Shown in pieces: positions 37,905 through 46,827 of a stretch of 64,000 nucleotides of DNA (within the stretch, counting starts at the first letter, position 1; each line of letters starts with the position of its first letter). This DNA comes from Obrimoposthia wandeli (taxonomy: Eukaryota), in the NCBI GenBank assembly GCA_977020255.1, contig CDROCS010003983.1, forward strand, positions 62,001-126,000, written 5' to 3'. Below the pieces are notes generated by a model that saw only the letters and a program-made list of their open reading frames with translations, was not told the origin of the DNA and did not search any database. The translations under genes and the position numbers were made by a program.

Positions 37905-38652
37905 GAACAAAATATATTATTTTTTGCATATTTGAGGAGGTATAAATGGGATCGGTCTAGTTCTAACTCCAAATGTGCGCAGAGGTTAAATAGTGTAGAA
38001 TACGTATTTATATATTTAGGCAGGATGGAACTTCTTGTCATAGACAAATATCAACAAAACTTATTTATATAAGATTTTCTTCAACAATCAGATTGGCCTT
38101 CACGAAGTCGAGCAACAATATTATTCAGAATATGTAAATTAAGCTCAACAAAAATATATCAATAAAAAACTTCAAATTCAGATGAACATTGGTTATTAGG
38201 ACATAAATGGATACATAAATGTGGCATACAATACACATTATCTATCAGAAATAAAGGGAAAGTATATATACAGTAAAGGGACAGGAAAACTTATGTCATT
38301 TTGACAATTACTATTCCAGAATGTACGGGCCTCATTACAGTCTTGAAGACTTAAACTCTTGAATTCAGTTATGGGCGGCATTTCAGTTGTCTTTTGTAAA
38401 TCTTCGAAGGATTTTGCAAATTTAGGGTTAGGGTTAGGGATATGGGCGTGGTTAGGGTTAGGGAGCTTTATAATTTTGAGAGTTTCATTATGTTTTATTC
38501 ATATATCCTTATATATATCTCACGCAAGATATAAATAAAATGAGTAATAATAACATACATTCATGAATACAACCAAACAAATCCTCAACCAATCATGTGA
38601 TGTTAGATAGAATATAAACAATTCAGACATTATTTCTGATCACAATATTGAT
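37905..38652 (+). repeat. Direct copy of the Polinton B segment 26742-27475
   Basis: Near-identical from TTTTTTGCATATTTGAGGAGG to GATCACAAT(G/A)TTGAT. Confidence 0.9.
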
Positions 38653-38783
38653 AGTAGGTAGTAGGTAGATCAACTAAACCTAAGTAGGTGGATGTGTCCG
38701 GTCTAATCCACACCCCCCTCCCCCCTTGTCCTTTAAAACCGTGCATGTGTGTGGAGTGAAATTTCGTGTAGGTGTGTGGAGTC

Positions 38784-39085
38784 ATATAGGTCACAGACTA
38801 GCTTGGCGATGTACGGATGTCTCGCTCTCATATAGGTCACAGACTAGCTTGGCGATGTACGGATGTTTCGCTCTCATATAGGTCACAGACTAGCTTGGCG
38901 ATGGACGGATGTCTCGCTCTCGTATATGTCACAGACTAGCTTGGCGATGTACGGATGTCTCGCTCTCATATAGGTCACAGACTAGCTTGCCGATGTACGA
39001 ATGTCTCGCTCTCATATATGTCACAGACTAGCTTGGGTGATGGGCGAATGTCTCGCTCTCGTGTATATCACTGACTACCTTGGGT
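38784..39085. repeat. 46-bp tandem repeat (about 6.5 units) just inside the A2 TIR
   Basis: ATATAGGTCACAGACTAGCTTGGCGATG... at 38784, 38830, 38876, 38922, 38968 and 39014. Confidence 0.95.
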
Positions 39086-39285
39086 GATGGGTGAAAGTCG
39101 ACGGGTGTTGGATGGAAACACCCACCGACCACCACCCGCCCCTTCGGGGCAGGCTCTATTCTCACTAAAATAACTACAATGGGTGTTGGGTGAAAGTCGA
39201 TGGGTGATGGGTGAAAGTCGATGGGTGATGGGTAAAAGTCGGTGGGCGTTAGGCTAGTGGTGGTTCACCACCAACACTACACCCC

Positions 39286-39380
39286 ACAACACCACACCAC
39301 ACTTAACACCACACCACACCACACCACACCACACCACACCACACCACACCACACCACACCACACCACACCACACCACACC
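39286..39380. repeat. (ACACC)n microsatellite
   Basis: Directly visible. Confidence 0.95.
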
Positions 39381-39629
39381 ATTAATTGCCCGCCCCTTTG
39401 GGGCGGGCTTTATTCTCGCGAAAATAACTACAAAAACATGCGCTACAGTATCACTTTACCTCTCACAACTACAAATGTAAACGACCCGTGTCATACCCAA
39501 GACCCTAACATACATACTTCGGGGCGGGCTTCATTCTTGATCTACAGGCACAAAAAACATCGGTCAGATCTATATAATTTAGAGGAGCAAAAACAAAATA
39601 CGAGACAAAATTACTTTTCAAAATATTTA

Positions 39630-40133
39630 TTAAACATAAAACAACATATTGGCTTCACTCAAAGTCCAGAGAGGCTGCATTGTCCCGTCATCAGCAAAAT
39701 ATCCATTCAGACGTATTGAGATATTCCATAGTTCTTCATCTAGAATTGGAGCAATCAAATATCCTAGATCATCTTTAAAATCCAGACTGGGATCAGTTTC
39801 AAGCTCGAAACAATTTCCTTCATATACATAATCAGGAATGTAAAATCCCAAAATATTTTTCCGTTGATCAAAATCAGTTGTTGTTAAAATTTCGATGATA
39901 TATTTTTTCTCCACTTTTGATATTTTCACAGAATTCATAACTCGTATAATTTGATACCTCTTTAATATATTACATAGTTTTCCTTTTGAAATTCTCTCTG
40001 GATAATAAAAATTTGCTACACATCTCTTATCCATTCTAAAATAAGGAAACTGATTAAAAACAATGTTTATAAAAAATACACATAAGATACAAATATTTAA
40101 AAAATAAAACTGATTATTAAATGAAAGAAACAT
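39630..40133 (-). CDS. Polinton A2 accessory protein 2, putative OB-fold/SSB-like (true start probably MDKRCV)
   Basis: C-terminal WNISIRLNGYFADDGTMQPLWTLSEANM; copy at 2404-2720. Confidence 0.6.
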   Translation of the reverse strand: MFLSFNNQFYFLNICILCVFFINIVFNQFPYFRMDKRCVANFYYPERISKGKLCNILKRYQIIRVMNSVKISKVEKKYIIEILTTTDFDQRKNILGFYIPDYVYEGNCFELETDPSLDFKDDLGYLIAPILDEELWNISIRLNGYFADDGTMQPLWTLSEANMLFYV

Positions 40134-40168
40134 AGTAAAACCGATTACAATTTATTACACACAAAAAG

Positions 40169-40645
40169 TTAAAACATAGAAATATGAGCACGTTCAATTT
40201 TCCACATAGGCAACTTTGTTCCCATTTCATCTTTCTTGTAACCATAAAGTCGAATTGTTACAGTCCATTGCTTCTTTTTCGGAAACGCATCAATATCAAC
40301 ATATCTTCCATAGTCATCTAGAAATGCTTCATCGGCTCCTCGGATATAAAATTCGTTCTTATTGAAAGTAGAATTCGGAACTGCCTTTTCAACTTTCTGT
40401 TTAAGATATTGAAAATCAGGTTTTTGAATACCTGATAGATAGTAGCTGAACTTTCTTCTTTCAATTGTCACAGGATTTACTAAAGCAATCAGTTGAGCCT
40501 TCTTCAAGAATCTGACTTTGTATTTGAAATATTGTTTCACTTCTTCATACATATCCTTATCCGATTCTTCAAACATTTCTTCGTCATCGCTTAATACCCG
40601 TTGGCTATCGTCCATCGTTGATAATTGTCTTTGGTATGAATGCAT
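40169..40645 (-). CDS. Polinton A2 accessory protein 1, putative OB-fold/SSB-like
   Basis: Intact 158-aa ORF ending QWTVTIRLYGYKKDEMGTKLPMWKIERAHISMF. Confidence 0.65.
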   Translation of the reverse strand: MHSYQRQLSTMDDSQRVLSDDEEMFEESDKDMYEEVKQYFKYKVRFLKKAQLIALVNPVTIERRKFSYYLSGIQKPDFQYLKQKVEKAVPNSTFNKNEFYIRGADEAFLDDYGRYVDIDAFPKKKQWTVTIRLYGYKKDEMGTKLPMWKIERAHISMF

Positions 40646-40894
40646 TTACTGTGATTTGTCCTCCAATGGCGCATTCTTTTATACTAATTTCTAACAAAGA
40701 CATGAATCTCATTGGTTAATATAACTAAAGCATTGAATTTGATTGGACTAAATCTATATTAAAAATCAAAATTGATTGGAAGAAATATATCATCCAATTA
40801 TAATAGGTTTGCAAGATAATTACAAGAAACGTGCAATAAAAAAGCAGGTTCAGACATATATAAAGAAGATTTTACAGAATACAATTTCAGTCTA

Positions 40895-41391
40895 ATGAAA
40901 CTCGTAAATATAAATTATAAAGGTAGAACAGAAGATGATGTTTCGTACTTACCATTCAATGAATGGAAGCCGAGACAATATGTAGAAAAGTTTGACAATT
41001 TCACAGTTGTTATTTTTCCTACAGGTTAGTTTTTTATTTTCATATTGAATTCTTTTAGGAAATTGTCGTGTTATGGGATGCAAAATACCAATGCTTGGGT
41101 TCAATTTACCATTTGGAATTCGAATCACTGCAATACAATCAATCACGATTTCGGCTAATCTTGGGAAACAGATAAATATTTTTAAAACTGCAGAGAAAAT
41201 GAAAGAAGAATGCATGTTTGAACCAGAAAATCTTTCCTGCTCTCAGTTACTTGAAGTTTAAACCGCTATGTCTAAATATGTTTTCTAGTGGTAAAGTTAT
41301 GATATTGGGATTGAAAAATTTTGATTATCCAGACATTGTCGATTTGATTTTAGAAAATATATCTTATTACATCTTGTTATCTTTTCTATAA
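40895..41391 (+). CDS. TBP-like protein of Polinton A2, exons 40895-41024 and 41059-41391; one extra A near 41229 shifts the frame (about 153 aa when corrected)
   Basis: MKLVNINYKG...FTVVIFPT(G)|NCRVMGCK...IQSITISANLG...MFEPE(I)FPAL...LNMFSSGKVMILGLK. Confidence 0.8.
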
Positions 41392-41727
41392 ACAAACATG
41401 TTTAAACTTATTGTTTTAAATTAATAATACTATAAATAGAGACAATGAAGTGGATCATCTTGCCGACGAAATATTTTCTGGAAAAATTAGGGGTAAAGAA
41501 ATTTTTATCAGAATTAAAAAATAATGATATAACAAGAGATAACATTGAAATATTGGTTAGATCACACGTTATTCGAGAATTTAGAAATCATACACAAATA
41601 AATAAAATTATAGCCAAATATTAATTTTTTTTTTGTATTTCATCTACAATAGCTCTAACATAGTACATTTCAATAAGGAAACTTCTATGATAATATAAAC
41701 AATATTAAAAATGAAAGAGTATATGCA

Positions 41728-42376
41728 ATGGATCTAAATAATAATGCTGTATTTCAAATAGTTGGTCCCAGTGGAAGTGGAAAGACACATTTCATATGTA
41801 AATTGTTGCAAAATGAATCTAGTTTCAAATCTAGTTTCAAAAATATTTATTGGCATCATGGTGGAGGAGGGGAAAGCGGATTAACCAAAACAGAAGTTTG
41901 CAAGTTGAAGGGAATACAATTTATTGAAGGATTTGATGCAAATTCGTGTGAAAGATTGAAAAAAGAAGATAAAAATAATAATTGATGATTTGTATCAGGA
42001 AGCTAACAAGGAATCGGACTTTAATAATTTATTTACAAAGATTGCAAGACATCGTGAAGTAACAGTTATATTTATCACTCAAAATCTGTTTCACCAAGGA
42101 GGTCACCATAGAACAAGAAATCTTAATGTACATTACTTAGTTTTATTTAAAAATCCTAGAGATCAAACTGTTGTAGATTTCTTGGCCAGACAGGCATTTC
42201 CCCAAAATAAGAACTTTCTAGTTGATTCATTCCACGATGCTGCTAAACAAGCACATGGGTATATATTTATTGACTTTACACAAGCTTGCCCAGATGATTT
42301 ACGTGTTTTAACCGATATATTTAATTCTAAGGGAGTAACTGTTTATAAACAAATAGAGAACAATTATAAAAGATAA
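41728..42376 (+). pseudogene. Polinton A2 packaging ATPase (FtsK/A32-like), one frameshift
   Basis: Walker A GPSGSGKT, Walker B IIIDD, FITQNLF, FKNPRD. Confidence 0.9.
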
Positions 42377-42535
42377 ATTTACAATGCCTTTTAAGAAGTT
42401 GATAGTAAAACGTAAAGAAAAGCCTAAGAAATCAAAAAAAGAATCATTAAGAAAAATGAAGTGAAAAAATGAATCAAATCCGTAGTTAGAAATAAAAAAA
42501 AATTTAAATGGCTTCGAATATAAACAATATTCAAA

Positions 42536-42883
42536 TTGAACCTTTTTATTAAAATGAAGAAAATACAAAGAAGCATACCCTATTTTAAAGCTTTAGTTAA
42601 AGCCTCTTCTAATAAGAAAATGATTATTCTTAAAGCATTTCCATTCTTTGTTGTAGATGATTTATTGGAAGTTTTGTATAATATAGTTTTAGGTCGAGTA
42701 AAAGTTAGAAAACGGAAAACTATATTAAAGAAATACAGAAAAACTCTTCTAGATATTGCTAATGTAAAAAATAAAAAAAGGAAACGAAATATTATTCTTA
42801 AACAGAATGGTGGTTTCATAGGGGCTGTTATTCCAGTTGTTGCTTCATTAATCAGTAGTATTATAGCTGCGACAAGATCATAA
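42536..42883 (+). CDS. Conserved small Polinton protein ending KQNGGF + hydrophobic helix
   Basis: IILKQNGGFIGAVIPVVASLIS; homologues at 1560-1870 (-) and 61740-62050. Confidence 0.7.
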   Translation: MNLFIKMKKIQRSIPYFKALVKASSNKKMIILKAFPFFVVDDLLEVLYNIVLGRVKVRKRKTILKKYRKTLLDIANVKNKKRKRNIILKQNGGFIGAVIPVVASLISSIIAATRS

Positions 42884-42969
42884 ACAATTATTTATAAAAT
42901 CAGCTAAAGATATGGGTGCTAGCCCTTCTTTACCTAAACTTAAATTTTCTTTCTATTCAAATTGTTGTA

Positions 42970-43996
42970 ATGGAGAAGATATGGTTCAATCCAAAAGATC
43001 CAATTGGCTAAACAGGAGTTTCAAAATTAGCAAAAAGAACAAAACAAAAATACAAGAAAACGCAGAAATGGCTGAGCGACCAGTTAGCCTACAGTCTGAA
43101 CAAGCTGATAAGAAGAAGGTTTCCAACTAGAGCTTACAAAACCAGTTGTCCTAATAATTTATGGCAAATGGATTTGATGGAGATGATCCCATATTCTTCC
43201 ATTAATAAGGGATATCGATATATTTTAACATGTATTGATGTATTTAGCAGGTTTGCTCGTACAATTCCAGTTAAAGCAAAGTCTTCAATAGCTATGCTTG
43301 AAGCCATTAAAGAAATATTAAAAGAGAACATTCCACAAAATGTGCAAACTGATTTAGGAAAAGAATTTTATAATAAGCAAGTTCAATCATTATTTAAACC
43401 AAATAATATAAATCACTACTCTGTGTTTTCACAGTACAAAGCAGCTGTAGTAGAAAGATTTAATCGTACTTTAAGAGATCGAATAAAAAAGTATTTCACA
43501 AAAGAAGGAAATGAAAAATGGGTCCAAGTTTTACCTAAAATAATACATGCATATAATCACTCTGAACATAGAGGTCTCAAGGGAATGAGACCTATTGGTG
43601 TTACTAATAAAAACTCTATGGATATTTGGATGGACAGCAAAAAAAAGAAAATATTAAAAAGCTAAATATAAGAAAAACGAATATGTTCGAATTTCGAAAA
43701 TTAGCTCTACTCCATTTATTAAAAACTTTGATCAGAATTGGAGCGATGAAATATTTTGTATAAGTAAAATTGATCAAAAGAGTAATCCAATAATGTATAC
43801 TATTAAAGATGCTGACAATAATATCGTTCACGGTAAATTTTACGAGCAAGAACTACAAGTAATATCAAATAAACCTAGCGTTTTCCGTATTCAAAAAATA
43901 TTAAAATCTAAGGGTACAGGTAAACATAAACAATACTTTGTTAAATGGCATGGTTATTCAGACCCAACTTGGATATCAGCATCTAATATAATATGA
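42970..43996 (+). pseudogene. Polinton A2 retroviral-type (DDE) integrase with C-terminal chromo-like domain
   Basis: MEKIWFNPKD, WQMDL, QTDLGKEF, VVERFNRT, YFVKWHGY; one stop near 43008 and a frameshift near 43660. Confidence 0.92.
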
Positions 43997-45036
43997 ATTC
44001 GATGTATATGGTTTTACCAAGTAACGGATGTCCGAAGACTCAACCAGATAATGACGCTAGTAGCTTTATTATCGATTGGGAAAATTCTATAAATCTCCAA
44101 GGAGAATGGGAAGCGGCTTTAACAGAATTTTCTTTTATTATTCTCCAATTACTATCAGAAAAAACGGACATATTTCGTTTACAAAAGAAGTTGATCATGA
44201 AAAATCAATTGAAGTTGTGATCGGGTTTAGTAGTAAAGGTAAATTCTATTACAATTGTATAGATAAAGAAGTGAAAGTAATATTTGAAAAAAACAAAGTC
44301 AGATTTAAAAATCGAATAAAACATTTTAAACCTATTCAAATTATATTCGACTCTGGAAAAGAAGCTCTTCAATTCGATTTTGACAGTGAACATGTAGTAG
44401 GTATGAAGAGATCTGATATAGCCTCATCTAAATCGGTTAAAAATGTTCCTGATAGAGTAGCAAGAGTGTTTTTAGTTGAAACGAGACCAAAGTATGTAGT
44501 GGAACTGAAAATGTTTTCAAAAGATTATAAAATAGATAGTGAAGTGAATTTCTGTAAATTAATACAGAAGGAATGTAGTGAATATTTGAATAAATGGTAA
44601 ATTAACGTTTACAGTAAAGAGCAATATAAAACGAGTTTTATTTGATGATAAACTCGCTAAAAACCTTGGTTTAAACAGTAATACCTTTGAAACCCATACA
44701 ATAAAAACCATAAAAGCTAAAAATAAGGCCAAACTTTTAAATGCTGTTAATCATTTATATATTTATACTAATTTAATAGAACCAACGCTTGTAGGAGGAC
44801 AGTGAGTTCCCCTTTTGAGAACAATATGGATATCTAAAAATGAAACTAAAGATGGAGACGCTGTTGGTATGTGTATAGATCAACCAATGTATCTTCCAGT
44901 TTCTCTCTTTTCTATAAACAATATTGAAGTAAATATTAGATATGATTCCAGACAACTAATAGATTTCATGTACGGGGCTAAGACAAGTTTAACAATACAT
45001 TTAAGAAAACAAAATGTCGAATCCAGCAATAATTGA
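43993..45036 (+). pseudogene. Polinton A2 penton/minor capsid protein (frameshifted)
   Basis: MYMVLPSNGC...LQGEWEAALTEF; C-terminal PMYLPVSLFSINNIEVNIR...LTIHLRK. Confidence 0.8.
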
Positions 45037-45370
45037 GGCTTATAGTCAAAGCCAGCAGGGTGGAGAATTACCATATTTTGTTGGAAAACAATATGGATCT
45101 GGCTGGCTTAGAACATTAGGTAGATTTGTCTTTCCTCTTTTAAAGAGACTCGGGCGATTTATATCAAAATTAGGAAAGGATTACCTTTCATCTAAGGACA
45201 ATAAACTAATACCAACTTTTAAGAAGCATGCACTTGATGAACTTGATAATGTTTTACCTGAAGTTGCTAATTTGATTAGAAAACGTAAATCAAATAAAAG
45301 CTAAGGAGGTAGTGGATTTAAACGCAAAAAGAAGCAACAAATTAATATAAACAAACGTAAGAAAGTTGAA
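45014..45370 (+). pseudogene. Polinton A2 PX-type protein
   Basis: YSQSQQGGELPYFVGKQYGSGWLRTLGRFVFPLLKRLG. Confidence 0.8.
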
Positions 45371-45387
45371 GGAACAATATTTGCAAA

Positions 45388-46112
45388 ATGAGTTGCGCTA
45401 AAACCGAATTGTGTATTTTTGATAAACTACTTCCACAAGTAGTTGTAGATAATGCTTCCTTTGAAGAAATATTTTTAGTTAACTCAGTTTCAGGAACCAC
45501 TTTAACCGATTTAGAATTTAATATTAATGGTTCCAATAGCGAATATTTAGATTTGAATGATACTTTGCTTTACGTTCAAATAAAAGTATTAAATCGAGAT
45601 GGTACTAATTTAGAGGAAAATGCCGATGTAACACCTGTAAATTATCTCTTTAATTCTTTATTTAGTGATGCTATTGTTACTCTTAATAATGTCAAAATTG
45701 AAGGCGGAAATCCTATGCTCACAAAGCTTTGATTGAAAGTCTTTTGAATTATAGTACTGATACTCAAAATACTAATTTGGCAACAATTGGTTATGATAAA
45801 ACGGATACAACTCACAAAGAATGGATTGCGGGTTCTAAAGCTTACGAAATGTGGGTCTTTGAGATTGAATTTCTTTGAACAACCGAAATATTTAATTCCC
45901 GGTGTTAATGTACATCTTCGTTTGAAACGTAATAAATGGAATTTTTCTTTGATAAGCACGGACGTTCTAAAACCTAGACTTGATATTTTTTTGATATTTA
46001 CGACTAGAAATTAAGTTCAATGCAGCTTTAACACATCCTACTACGGGGCTTATTTACGGAGTGTTTGATTCGGAAATACAAATCAATAAAAACAGAACTG
46101 TCATATTATAGA
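45388..46112 (+). pseudogene. Polinton A2 hexon/major capsid protein with internal deletion near 46005
   Basis: MSCAKTELCIF...LEFNINGSNSEYLDLNDTLLY...FFEQPKYLIPGVNV, then jumps to C-terminal LIYGVFDSEIQINKNRTV. Confidence 0.85.
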
Positions 46113-46495
46113 ATGAAGTAAGACATTTTTTAAATTTTAATATTTATTAATTTTTATTTAGTTCAGTACAAGTACAAGAATCAGCAGAGAAGGTCTTGGG
46201 TGATAAATTCAATGGAGTTTATCCTATTGATATGATTCCATTTTTTCAATCTCGAGGTTACATTATTAATACTCATACTTCGAATTTACCAGGAGAACAT
46301 TGGATAGCTATTTATGTTAGAGAGTGGACAATACATGTATTTGAACCACTTGCAATGTATTATCCACACAAACTTGTTTCAACTATTCAAAAAGGACGAA
46401 GAAGAGTATTTTACAACAAGATACAATATCAGGATCCTGCGACGAGAAACTGTGGACATTTATGTATTTTATGGTTATCGTTGCAAAACGATTAG
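46113..46495 (+). CDS. Polinton A2 adenain-type cysteine protease, two exons (intron 46118-46161)
   Basis: M-N|SVQVQES...FNGVYPID...IINT...PGEHW...QYQDPATRNCGHLC (His/Gln/Cys catalytic motifs); splicing restores the frame and the MN start. Confidence 0.85.
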
Positions 46496-46758
46496 TGTGT
46501 TATAAAAATAAATATTTGTAATGTTTTATTTTTAATTATTTTTTTAAAATCCCTAAAAATTATAAGGTAAAATAATAAAAGACATAAGACGAAATATTTT
46601 TTAATAAATTTATTAAAAACAACATCACAATGAGATCTGTCAGCAAAATAAGGTCCATCCTAAAAAATGTATTGAAATAACAAAACGTTAGAGTCAAGTT
46701 GCCATAGGGATCTAAAATTAAAAAAAACTAAACTAAAAAAATCAAAAATGAAAACAGT

Positions 46759-46827
46759 TTAAATTTGGAAGTGTCCATAAGCCAGGCTAGCGTTCTTTTC
46801 TACCCAAAAGCGCTTGTCGTCATTACT
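46759..46827 (-). pseudogene. Extreme C-terminus of Polinton A2 pPolB
   Basis: SNDDKRFWVEKNASLAYGHFQI* matches the DDKR...LAxGH end of Polinton polymerases. Confidence 0.75.

Larger units (their letters stand above)
38683..46827 (+). mobile_element. Polinton/Maverick A2: left TIR to pPolB C-terminus; most complete element in the window, non-autonomous
   Basis: AGTAGG terminus, then SSB-like pair (-), TBP-like, ATPase, small ORFs, integrase, penton, PX, hexon, protease and convergent pPolB end. Confidence 0.92.

Noticed and set aside
38784-39085. Regularly spaced repeats resembling a CRISPR array (also 30760-31110 and 62790-63030)
   Set aside because: Units are head-to-tail with no unique spacers, no cas genes are present, and the context is eukaryotic Polinton sub-terminal DNA.
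46765-46827. Treating the track ORF start at 46765 as the retrotransposon start
   Set aside because: The first 21 codons are antisense Polinton pPolB; RT homology begins only at about 46828.
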